From Zygnema circumcarinatum SAG 698-1b (taxonomy: Eukaryota; Plantae; Zygnematophyceae), in the NCBI GenBank assembly GCA_037447605.1, contig CM074821.1, positions 1,922,001-1,986,000 of the forward strand: a DNA stretch of 64,000 bases. Direction: 5' to 3'. Position 1 is the stretch's first letter. Every line of letters starts with the position of its first letter. The notes under the pieces are model-generated. The model saw only the letters and a program-made list of their open reading frames with translations, was not told where the DNA came from and ran no database searches. A program made the position numbers and the translations under genes. Positions 40,401 to 50,984 of the stretch are shown in pieces.

Positions 40401-43400
40401 CCACCACCAAGCTACCCCTCTGACTCCACCACCAAGGCCTCCCCCTCTGACTCCACCGCCAAGGCCTCCCCCTCTGACTCCACCGCCAAGGCCTCCCCTC
40501 TGACTCCATCGCCAAGGCCTCCCCCCCTCTGACTCCACCGCCAAGGCCTCCCCCTCTGACTCCACCGCCAAGGCCTCCCCCTCTGACTCCACCGCCAAGG
40601 CCTCCCCCTCTGACTCCACCGCCAAGGCCTCCCCCTCTGACTCCACCGCCAAGGCCTCCCCCTCTGACTCCACCGCCAAGGCCTCCCCCTCTGACTCCAC
40701 CGCCAAGGCCTCCCCCTCTGACTCCACCGCCAAGGCCTCCCCCTCTGACTCCACCGCCAAGGCCTCCCCCTCTGACTCCACCGCCAAGGCCTCCCCCTCT
40801 GACTCCACCGCCAAGGCCTCCCCCTCTGACTCCACCGCCAAGGCCTCCCCCTCTGACTCCACCGCCAAGGCCTCCCCCTCTGACTCCACCGCCAAGGCCT
40901 CCCCCTCTCCACCACCAAGGCCTCCCCCTCTGACTCCACCGCCAAGGCCTCCCCCTCTGACTCCACCGCCAAGGCCTCCCCCTCTGACTCCACCGCCAAG
41001 GCCTCCCCCTCTGACTCCACCGCCAAGGCCTCCCCCTCTGACTCCACCGCCAAGGCCTCCCCCTCTGACTCCACCGCCAAGGCCTCCCCCTCTGACTCCA
41101 TCGCCAAGGCCTCCCCCTCTGACTCCATCGCCAAGGCCTCCCCCACTGACTCCACCGCCAAGGCTCTCCCTCTGACTCCACTGCCAAGGCCTCCCCTCTG
41201 ACTTCACCGCCAAGGCCTCCCCCTCTGACTCCACCACCAAGGCCTCCCCCTCTGACTCCACCGCCAAGGCCTCCCCCTCTGACTCCACCGCCAAGGCCTC
41301 CCCCTCTGACTCCACCGCCAAGGCCTCCCCCTCTGACTCCACCGACTCCACCGCCAAGGCCTCCCCCTCTGACTCCACCGCCAAGGCCTCCCCCTCTGAC
41401 TCCACCGCCAAGGCCTCCCCCTCTGACTCCACCGCCAAGGCCTCCCCCTCTGACTCCACCGCCAAGGCCTCCCCCTCTGACTCCACCGCCAAGGCCTCCC
41501 CCTCTGACTCCACCGCCAAGGCCTCCCCCTCTGACTCCACCGCCAAGGCCTCCCCCTCTGACTCCACCGCCAAGGCCTCCCCCTCTGACTCCATCGCCAA
41601 GGCCTCCCCCTCTGACTCCATCGCCAAGGCCTCCCCCTCTGACTCCATCGCCAAGGCCTCCCCCTCTGACTCCACCGCCAAGGCCTCCCCCTCTGACTCC
41701 ACCGCCAAGGACTCCATCGCCAAGGCCTCCCTCTCTGACTCCACCGCCAAGGCCTCCCCCTCTGACTCCACCGCCAAGGCCTCCCCCTCTGACTCCACCG
41801 CCAAGGCCTCCCCCTCTGACTCCACCGCCAAGGCCTCCCCCTCTGACTCCATCGCCAAGGCCTCCCCCTCTGGCTCCACCGCCAAGGCGTCCCCTCTGAC
41901 TCCACTGCCAAGGCCTCCCCTCTGACTCCATCGCCAAGGCCTCCCCTCCTGACTCCACCGCCAGGCCTCCCCCTCTGGCTCCACCGCCAAGGCTCCTCCC
42001 TCTGACTCCACTGCCAAGGCCTCCCCTGACTCCACCGCCAAGGCGTCCCCTCTGACTCCACCGCCAAGGCCTCCCCCTCTGACTCCACCGCCAAGGCCTC
42101 CCCCTCTGACTCCATCGCCAAGGCCTCCCCTCTGACTCCACCGCCAAGGCGTCCCCTCTGACTCCACTGCCAAGGCCTCCCCTCTGACTCCACGCCAAGG
42201 CCTCCCCTCTGACTCCACTGCCAAGGCCTCCCCCTCTGGCTCCACCGCCAAGGCGTCCCCTCTGACTCCATCGCCAAGGCCTCCCCTCTGACTCCACTGC
42301 CAAGGCCTCCCCTCTGACTCCACCTCGCCAAGGCCTCCCCTGACTCCACCGCCAGGCCTCCCCCCTCTGGCTCCACCGCCAAGGCTCTCCCTCTGACTCC
42401 ACCATAAAGAGATTCTCTAGTCGCTCAACAGATTGCCTAATTTCTTCTTTTTTTATGTGACTTGCACGATCTTGCAGCTGCGGAGCTGGCTTCATTTTGG
42501 AGAATCGACGCACTCAATATGAGGGCAGTTAACCTACTTTTACTTCAAAGAACGACTGCAGATATCTGTGCGACGGCGTGTTTGGCGAATCCCAACTGTA
42601 TCGCGTTTGTTTTTAGGAGAGTTTCAAATATGGCGATCTTGGGAAATTGCACATTCCTAGGCCTTCCTGTGAGGTTATACGTTTCAAGCTCTCGACTGAC
42701 AAATATTTTTGTCCGGGATGTATTTGGTGTGTATCACTCTATCTATATCAGTATTTTCATTTCCACTTTTCATTGCTGGACTGAAATGCATTGGAGAGGA
42801 TTATTGAGTGTTGTCTTCTCTGAGTGATAGGATAGTATGAGTCAAGCCACGCTAGTCAATGATCCATTCCAATACACCGTCTATGCAAAGGTTGCTGGAC
42901 AGTCGTTAATATTAAGCTGCATTGTTCTCAGGTTTTCCATCCTGTGCACGCTTTGTGGCAGATTTATTTTCGGGTCCAGCTGCCGATACCGATCGAAAAT
43001 GGTGCCGTTACCGAGTTGTTGCTGCTGAGGGAAGTGTCGAAGTGTGCGCTAAGAAGTGCGTCCTTGACACTGCTTGCGCATACTTTTCTTACAAGCAGGA
43101 AACTGACACTTGTAGCTTTAAGAGGGGGGGTATAGGGCGAAATTTGGTGAGTCCTGGAGTCCAGCTCTACAAGAAGGTACGTCTCACCTTGGATATGGAT
43201 GCTGTCCATTTCCTCCTTTATAAAGCGGAGATGTGCTGGGTTTTGCAATTAGAACTCAGTTCTGCTTCTAGTGGGAACGATGTGTATTTCATTGAGCATG
43301 GCCGAGTTTAATTCAAGAACCGCATCTGTTTATTTTTGAAATATTGTACGGATTTGTTAAGTTATTGGAGCTAATTTTACGTTCTAACTTGAAATTCCCA

Positions 43401-43512
43401 CATGCTTGGACAACTCTGGTTGATTGTATGACTATGCATTGCAATTGGTTTTGTTCTAATACAGGACTTATGGCTTGTGTTAACGCAACTTTCACTGCTT
43501 GGGTTTCACTAG
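19486..43512 (+). CDS. Giant secreted multi-module LRR protein: signal peptide, 3x[LRRNT-(LRR)10-11-Cys/EGF-like-Pro-rich], 2x PAN/apple-like; ~50 exons; frame disruptions in the Pro-rich parts; 3' end uncertain
   Basis: GCCACCATGG start context. Exon 1 (19486-19591) reads MAPTRFLTLHGHLALLLFAAFAARRGGAVTIDSGD. N-cap exons at 21567-21711, 29042-29180 and 34148-34277 (DALLAVK...LTSW...CSTW.GI.C...GRV). Thirty-six 72-nt LRR exons. Cys/EGF exons at 26949-27271, 33451-33909 and 38035-38357. Pro-rich exons at 27755-28803 and 38841-~42404. PAN-like exons at 42478-42668 and ~42980-43176. Candidate last exon 43465-43512. Confidence 0.8.
19600..21370. repeat. (CCCCTG)n and (CCCT)n low-complexity expansion in intron 1 of the LRR gene
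   Basis: Seen directly, with embedded TGTCCAGAATCTG units. The homologous introns at 28804 and 33910 lack it. Confidence 0.9.
21964..26833 (+). CDS. LRR exon array, module 1
   Basis: 72-nt AG..GT-bounded exons start at 21964, 22316, 22646, 22989, 23314, 23656, 23979, 24325, 24663, 25008, [25354, 25700, 26009, 26354 = duplicate after gap] and 26762. Consensus xLxxNSLSGSIPDSIGNLxNLxxL (plant-specific LRR). Confidence 0.9.
27755..28803 (+). CDS. Extensin-like Pro/Ser-rich linker exon joining module 1 to module 2 (contains a gap)
   Basis: EISPPPRAPP...PPSPSPPP...PPPVPQTIDSGD, ending on a phase-1 GTGAG donor at the same position as in exon 1. Confidence 0.8.
29434..32921 (+). CDS. LRR exon array, module 2
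   Basis: 72-nt exons start at 29434, 30070, 30387, 30723, 31064, 31401, 31742, 32079, 32421 and 32850; all open, phase 2-2. Confidence 0.9.
34507..37927 (+). CDS. LRR exon array, module 3
   Basis: 72-nt exons start at 34507, 34741, 35075, 35419, 35744, 36091, 36419, 36765, 37103, 37448 and 37856; near-identical to module 1. Confidence 0.9.
38841..42404 (+). repeat. 27-bp coding minisatellite (PPPLTPPPR / PPPPTPPPS), Pro-rich stalk exon
   Basis: Unit CCTCCCCCTCTGACTCCACCGCCAAGG repeated over ~3.5 kb, with many 1-nt indels in C-runs. Confidence 0.9.
42478..43176 (+). CDS. Two PAN/apple-like Cys-rich domains
   Basis: TTADICATACLANPNCIAFVF...GNCTFL and SVEVCAKKCVLDTACAYFSY....TCSFK match PAN spacing C-x3-C-x5-C-xx-F-x-[FY]...C. 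Internal exon phases were not fully resolved. Confidence 0.7.
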
Positions 43513-44615
43513 GTTTTGGCACCATGAGCAGCAAGGCCCACTCTCTCTCTTTTCTCCCGCAACCGTGGGTAAGTCAGCACGTCCCTTCACTCTCTCCTTC
43601 CCCTCCTACGATTTCCAGTGCCTTCCTCCCTCATCGCGCACACAGGTAGGTGGTGATCGAAGCCAATGTTGTGAGGTCGGCGGAGCAGCAGATGTTGGCG
43701 CTGTATGGGGAGGTGGTCCCTTCCCCCCCTCCTCTCCGCCTTGCACGTGGACATGCGTGGCTCTGGCGCAACCCCTGCTGGTCGCTTGTCTACCGCTTGC
43801 CGGGCTTCTCTGATTGGGTTTCCCTGCGGCCGTACAGGCCGCTTGCCATAGGACCCGCGCGGTGGACAACGATGGGATGTTGCTTGTTGGCGTGCAAGGC
43901 ATCTGCCCATGTCCAGTTACAAGTGTCCCAAGCACCACAATCGTCAGTAGGAAGAAATTTTCCGAGAATGTGTATTCAGTATTTTGCCAGAAGCCGCACC
44001 AGATTTAGGAAAAAGGGAGTCGTAAAACCTTCGCCCTTCAAACTGGTTGTTCTGAAAACTCACCATAACCAGACGCCATAAGTACTTTTGAGATTTTTTA
44101 GTTTGCAATCCCATAGCTTTTAAAAAAAAACTTGTAATTGTAAGTCGATTGCGTTGACAACTACAGACATTCGAATGAGGACTTTAGCTGAATGAGTACA
44201 TGATTTGCGTATCTGACCTCTGCTGTATGTGGATAATTTATGTTTTATCTCGGAACCCGGAACCGAGATTCACGTGCCATGAAAACATGGTGATGGGAGT
44301 GTTTCACTCCCAGCAAACACTTCCTTCTCTCTCTCTCAGACTCTGGCTGTTCGAACTCTTCCCTCTGCGAGTACCTTCCTTCTGCGTGTCGTCGCCTTCC
44401 TTCCCTTTTGCGTCCTCGTACATTCCGGAATCTCTCGCACGTACGGTCACCTTTTGCCTTCCGTACACTGCACCGTACTATCTCCGTGTACCGTCCACAC
44501 ATTCTGTAACACAAAACAACACAATGTTCTGTAATCCGAAGCATCACAATCATCACAACACAAACGGGAAAAAGAAAAAAAGCCGAGTCAGAGTTCACTT
44601 GATGTATTTGAAAAG

Positions 44616-45564
44616 GGTAGTGTTATTTCCACCCCTTTTTTGGATCAAAACACCCCTTCCCGGCCGGGCAAATTTCAAAAAGGATTAGAAACGAAAAATG
44701 CTTTTTTCACACCTTTTTGGAATCGATATCCACCTTCTTCAGTCGACAGATTTTATTTTTGCTAAACAAGGAAAATGATAGCGGGAAAATGAGGGAAAGA
44801 AATAGGAAAATGATACAGCCGCCCCACTTTTTGGATATCCGCGCCCCCTTTCGGGAAAAATTGTACTTTTATTTTGGCCAATCACAGCCCCCCCCTTGGA
44901 TCTTTCGGGATCTTGTAGCCAATCGGACCCCGCGCCTCGCGCGCAGGATCCGACTGTGCACCGACGTACGGCGCCGCGCATCGCGGCGCGGCCCGCGAGA
45001 TGCGGCGAGCCTACGGAAACGGCATGAAAAAAAAACAAAATAAAAACAACAGGCTGCGGATCAAGATCCTCGTGCGTTGCCTTTTTATAGAAATGTCTTC
45101 AAACCTTAATTTTGTGAAGTGAACTGAAACGGAAACCGATCGAACACATAAGCTGAATGGGTACGCGATATACCCCATTTTCTGCGCATTCTATCCAACG
45201 AAACGTACAACCAATCAGGTCGCGCGACGTGGCAATGTCAGACTCGCGGCAACTATACTCCTTTTTCATTAAATTCATCTTTGACAACTTAATCGAAGCC
45301 GTAGGTCACATAAAACGTTCAAATCGAACGCTGTCGTTCGTAGAAAACGACATTTGGCAATTACTGAATGGTTACGCGATATACCCCTTTTTCTGCGCAT
45401 TCGATCCAACAAAAAGCACAACAAATTTGGACGCGCGACGTGGCAACGTCAGACTCGTGGCAACTATACCACATTTTCATTAAATTCTTTTTTTAGCCGA
45501 CGTCGCCGCTGTCGCACGCGCGAATCGCGCAGGCGCGAACAAAAATTGACGGAAAAGGGAAGTT
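44616..45564. mobile_element. End of a TIR element of the GGTAGTG family, cut by a gap
   Basis: Terminus GGTAGTGTTATTTCCACCCCTTTTTTGGATC; 45050-45564 is the reverse complement of ~16456-16965. Confidence 0.7.
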
Positions 45565-45574
45565 NNNNNNNNNN

Positions 45575-48251
45575 GCCATACAATGTCTAACTATCATACA
45601 CTAACACTAACAATCCCCCTCTTGGGACTCAGTTCCTCATGGGCCCTAGCCCAATCAATCTGCTGTTCACTAGTAGTGTCTCCCCACTGACCCCCTTGGT
45701 CAACATGTCTGCAGCCTGCTCTTTTGTTCCTACAAACTTCACCACTATCATCCCTTCCTCTACCAACTCTCGCACATAATGATATTGCACCCTAATGTGC
45801 TTGGTTCTCTTATGAAACACAGGGTTCTCCATGAGGGCTGTAGATGATTGGTGTCATAAAGGAGTCAATAATGTTGTCAAGTTGCTTACATTCATCAAAG
45901 AAATGTTGGAACCACATCCCCTCCTTCGCTGCATGGCACGCTCCCATGTACTCTCCTTCGGTGCTCGACAGCGCCACCGAATCTTGTAACTTCGAGCTCC
46001 ATGAGATCGCGCCTCCTCCGTTCAGGAACACAAATCCTGACGTCGATCGTGACGTGTCCACATCACCTCCCCAATCAGAGTCGGTGTACCCGATCACTCT
46101 GGTTGGCCCCCTTTCAAATCTGAGACCGTAATCCAAGGTCCCTTTCACGAATCTGAAAATCCGCTTCACGGCCTCCCAATGTTCAGGACCGGGATTCTCC
46201 ATGAACCGACTTGCTGAGCTCACGGCTTTTGCCAAGTCAGGACGAGTACCTATCATCAGATACATTAAACTACGATGCCGAGTCTGCACACTGCGTACAT
46301 CTCTGTACCTGCGCAGTGTGTCGCCGGCATCATGTCTCGACACAGTCGCAATTCGATATCCCATCGGACTCGAACAGACGGCACTCCTCCATTGAACCTG
46401 GCAAGTGTGCTTGCGCGTACTTCTTCTGACAGAGAAATACAGCTCATCCTGCCTTCAGTGCGGCTGCCTGCAGAAATCTCGCCCTCCCCTAGATCCGACA
46501 TTTTGAAGTTAGCTTCCAAAAGCTGCTTCAAATCATTGATTCTCTCCAATGAGAGGCTCACCATTATGAGGTCGTCCACGTAGATCCCAACGTACATGAG
46601 ATCCGCCTCTTCTCCTTGTCGGTACACGGAATGATCCGTCTCGAATCGCGCAAATCCGTTACTCCGCAGGAGGTCATCAATTTTCTCGTACCAAATCCTG
46701 GGCGCCTGTTTCAGTCCGTACAGACTCTTCACAAGACGACAAACGAGATGCTCCTGCCCCGGGACAACTTTCCCTTCGAGTTGTGCATGTGGGTCTCCTC
46801 ACGAGGACCTGCGACCCTGAGAACACAGTCTGATGAAAGGTGATGTGCGTCATCCTCAGCTGCTGCAATCGATGTCAGTTACAAAAGGGAGTTGAACTTC
46901 ACCACGGGGGCGAAGGTCTCCGTGTAGTCGATTCCGTACGCCTGGCTGAAGCCCTTCGCCACCAGACGCGCTTTGTAACGGTCGACGCTCCCGTCCGCCT
47001 TTCGCTTCACCTTGAACACCCACTTGCATCCAATGGCCCTCCTTCCCCTCGGCAGCTCCTCAAGTCGCCACGTGCCGTTCTCTAGCAAACTGTCCCACTC
47101 GCTGTCGATCGCTGCTCGCCACTTCTCTCCATCGACCCCGTCGTGCGCCTCCTCAAAGGTTTGCGGTTCGGTGATCATAAAACAGTGGGCAGCTCCCGCG
47201 AGGTCCGCTGAGTCTGTAGGCACTCTTTCCTGTACTAGATTAGTCTGTCTAAGCATCTCCACATAGCATGTGAAGTCTTAAGGTCATACAGCATGGAAGA
47301 GGGACTTCCCCTCACGCTCATGACGATCTGGGTGAGGGCCTTGTTGTCCTTGGTCCTCCATCTGGCGAGCGCTGTGTCGAACTCCGACTGCCGCTCCGCC
47401 GTGGCTCCCTCCGGCTGCACCGGTGCCTTGATGGTGCCGTCAACGTACCCCAACAGCCCCTTGCCCACGAGCAAGGGAACCAGCCGCCATCTCCACCCCT
47501 TGTAGTCCGAACCATCGAACGCTGGGATGCTGAACTTCACGTGGTCTTCCTCGCCACCTTGGGCTCTGATACCACTTGTTGAAGCAGGGGTTTGCTCCCC
47601 ACTTCCGGCGCCACCTTGGGTGTCGCCCTCCATTGGAACTTGAGTTCCCACGGATGAAGACATTCAAACACTCAAAGCTCTATCTTACTTCACTCATCGC
47701 CCATAACAACAGAATGAAGCTACAAGACAAGCACAGCGGAAATCACAATGAGAGAGTGTTAGGAGAAAGCTCACGGCTCTAAAACTCCTTATAATAAAAC
47801 TGTCTTCCCACAATGAAGTTCTCCCACTACTTCAAGGTCCCTCTCACTCACTACCTCACGACACAAGTGTAGGCAGCCTAGCAGCACGAGCAGGCACAGA
47901 ATAAGACCCGAGACTATGACAAAGTAGTGTGGGTGGGTTACTTCCCATAATAAAACTATGCACTATATAATATGGCGTCCGTGACGTGACACACATGTCA
48001 CGTCGCGTCCGCCATTGCAAACCCATGCACTGAGTCTGAGTGGGCGCACTCAGGAATAGCGACCGGCTAGCTGCCTCGTAAACCTACGGCAGCGCCGACC
48101 TAGTTCTTGTCGGCTCGTACACCTGTCCGTACAGTATCGCCGTTTCGCCAGCGCTCCTTCCCAGTCTTCGCCCGCCGACACCTCGGCCGTACACTCGAAC
48201 TCGCGGACCCACATTGCGAGTGGTCCACGTGGCGCATTCCGGTTCGCCGCC
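45575..48251 (-). mobile_element. Ty1/copia LTR retrotransposon, internally deleted and frameshifted
   Basis: LTR part 48251-47577 ending TCAACA; tRNA-iMet PBS TGGTATCAGAGC at 47574-47563; gag N-terminus (FDGSDYKGWRWRL...GLLGYVDG); RT (CKWVFKVK...[25 protein letters not shown]); RNase H (GYTDSDW, SSTEGEY, RTKHI, ADMLTK); PPT AAGAGGGGGA; 3' LTR start TGTTAG at 45612. Confidence 0.93.
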
Positions 48252-48261
48252 NNNNNNNNNN

Positions 48262-48936
48262 GGCGGCGAACCGGAATGCGCCACGTGGACCACTCGCAAT
48301 GTGGGTCCGCGAGTTCGAGTGTACGGCCGAGGTGTCGGCGGGCGAAGACTGGGAAGGAGCGCTGGCGAAACGGCGATACTGTACGGACAGGTGTACGAGC
48401 CGACAAGAACTAGGTCGGCGCTGCCGTAGGTTTACGAGGCAGCTAGCCGGTCGCTATTCCTGAGTGCGCCCACTCAGACTCAGTGCATGGGTTTGCAATG
48501 GCGGACGCGACGTGACATGTGTGTCACGTCACGGACGCCATATTATATAGTGCATAGTTTTATTATGGGAAGTAACCCACCCACACTACTTTGTCATAGT
48601 CTCGGGTCTTATTCTGTGCCTGCTCGTGCTGCTAGGCTGCCTACACTTGTGTCGTGAGGTAGTGAGTGAGAGGGACCTTGAAGTAGTGGGAGAACTTCAT
48701 TGTGGGAAGACAGTTTTATTATAAGGAGTTTTAGAGCCGTGAGCTTTCTCCTAACACTCTCTCATTGTGATTTCCGCTGTGCTTGTCTTGTAGCTTCATT
48801 CTGTTGTTATGGGCGATGAGTGAAGTAAGATAGAGCTTTGAGTGTTTGAATGTCTTCATCCGTGGGAACTCAAGTTCCAATGGAGGGCGACACCCAAGGT
48901 GGCGCCGGAAGTGGGGAGCAAACCCCTGCTTCAACA
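48262..48936 (+). mobile_element. Copia LTR 3' part, exact mirror of 47577-48251, abutting host TIR-element sequence
   Basis: Ends TCAACA followed by CAATC; the downstream flank matches the uninterrupted site at ~44920. Confidence 0.85.
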
Positions 48937-49035
48937 CAATCGGACCCCGCGCCTCGCGCGCAGGATCCGACTGTGCACCGACGTACGGCGCCGCGCATCG
49001 CGGCGCGGCCTGCGAGTTGCGGCGAGGCCACGGAA

Positions 49036-49380
49036 ACGTTGTCCTCACCTGACCCTTTTGGGTCAGAGGTCCCACGTGGCAGTCTGCCATTGGAGATCCC
49101 ACCCGCGAAATGCGGCGAGCCCACATAAACGTTGTCCTCACCTGACCCTTTTGGGTGAGACGTCCCACGTGGCAGTCTGCCATTGGAGATCCCACCCGCA
49201 ATGTGCGGCGAGCCTACGGAAGCGTTGTCCTCAACTGACCCTTTTGGGTCGGAGGTCCCACGTGGTAGTCTGCCATTGGAAATCCCACCCGCGAGATGTG
49301 GCGAGTCCACGGAAACGTTGTTGTCCTCACCTGACCGTTTTGGGTCGATGTTGCCACGTGGCAGTCTGCCATTGGACATC
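49036..49380. repeat. ~92-bp tandem repeat, 4 copies, each with CCACGTGG and CCATTGG
   Basis: Unit AACGTTGTCCTCACCTGACCCTTTTGGGT...CCCACGTGGCAGTCTGCCATTGGAGATCCCACCCGC. Confidence 0.9.
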
Positions 49381-49794
49381 CCTGCTTCCGGTCCCCCATG
49401 CCGTTTATTGCGTTGCCGTAGGCAAAAGCTTTGTCATCGTTTTGATCCGTACGACGAGTTCGATTATGTTGTGAAAGATTAATTTAATGAAAATGGGGTA
49501 TAGTTGCCGCGAGTCTGACGTTGCCACGTCGCTCGTCCTGATTGGTTGTGCGTTTCGTTGGATCGAATGCGTAGAAAATGGGGTATATTGCGTACTTATT
49601 GTGTCATTGCCACGTGTCGTTTTCTACGTACGACGGCGTTTGATTTTGATGTTTTATTTGGTGTACGGATTCGGTTAGGTTGTGAATGATGAATTTAATG
49701 AAAATGGGGTATAGTTTCCGCGAATCTGACGTTGCCACGTCGCGCGTCATGATTGGTTGTGCGTTTCGTCGGATCGAATGCGTAGAAAATGTGT

Positions 49795-50209
49795 TGTTGC
49801 AGCGCCCTCCCTTGGTGGGGCTGCCACTTCTCCTCTACCTTGGGTAGAACTCGACATCTTCAATGAATTGCTCAATCACACAAAGCACACAAGAGAACAA
49901 CTCAGCGGAAATATGAAAATGTAAGGAGAAAGCCACCAGCCTAAAACTCCTTAAGATAAAGATGAAATACAACTTGACAACACTAGAGCCAAGCTTCAAG
50001 CACCTCTTCTCAAGCTACGTGAATAAACCACCCACTACAAGCTGAACTCTTCCCACTATCTCCTTGGCCCTAAGCAAGATAGCCTCACTCCGAATGTGAG
50101 TCACGAGAAGGTTAACTTCTACCAAACAATCTAAGCCTTAAATACAATATGGCGCCATTAGTGACATTGTCACGTCACGGCCGCACATGCTACGCCTTGC
50201 AAGACCCTT
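49795..50209 (-). mobile_element. LTR 3' part of a related copia family, inserted in the 211-bp repeat
   Basis: TGTTG terminus; shares GGAGAAAGC...CTAAAACTCCTT and AATATGGCG...TGTCACGTC with the 47577 LTR. Confidence 0.75.
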
Positions 50210-50721
50210 NNNNNNNNNNAACGGGGGAAGCGTAAAGGGGCGAGGGTGACTGTCGTCACCCAACCAACGTACCGGCATTCGGTTGCACCCCTGCCCGGGG
50301 GCCGCGCCACTCTCTGAAGCTCTCTCACTCTCGCCCTCTCGCTGAACTCCGAGTGCTGGTGTGTTATTCCGCGCAGACTGAAGAGGCGGTTTTCAGTCGT
50401 TACACCGGCATACGGTTGCACGCCCAGCCCGGGCTGCTCCCCCACTCTGAAGCTCTCTCTCTCTCTCTCTCTCTCTGAATCCCTCTCGATCTGAACTCTG
50501 TTTTGCTGGCAGATTGAGTGCAATTCGGCGTAGGCTGAAGAGGCGGTTTTCAGCCGTGACACATAGCCATCGTCAAAGACTTCTTCACTACTTGCACACA
50601 AGAAACAAGATATAACAATTTTCAACTCCGATGTTACTAAGGATAGACGAAAACTTTCACCCTCTCCTACTCTCCATATCCTACATATCTTGTTTTCTTT
50701 AGATGTTGACATACCTATAAA

Positions 50722-50979
50722 TTGGCATCTACTGCTGAAAATTTAGCCAGACCACAAAATGCCAAGTATGTATGTTGCAAAAGGGTTGAAAGTCTTAACA
50801 AAACGAGTTATGCGCACCATGAAGGCGTGGCTGCTCGTGATGCAGCCCTTTGCAAAGAGTGCACATATGCCCATCGTGATGCTGCCGACGAGTTTGTTCC
50901 TATGGCTATTGAGATTTTTGGTTGTCTCGACACCCGTTTGGATACCTTCTTTTTGAACCCTGTTGAGGACAGGTTGTGA
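50722..50979 (+). pseudogene. Relic of a restriction-like endonuclease domain of a CRE/R2-type non-LTR retrotransposon
   Basis: AARDAALCKECTY......FVPMAIEIFGCL resembles the motif AA..AE..K..KY...F.P.A.E..G. Confidence 0.5.
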
Positions 50980-50984
50980 CAAGT

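Noticed and set aside
38745-42513. 1192-aa and 1228-aa minus-strand ORFs
   Set aside because: Antisense shadows of the 27-bp Pro-rich minisatellite.
48728-48737. GTTTTAGAGC, identical to the start of the type II-A CRISPR repeat
   Set aside because: A 10-nt chance match inside an LTR hairpin; no array.
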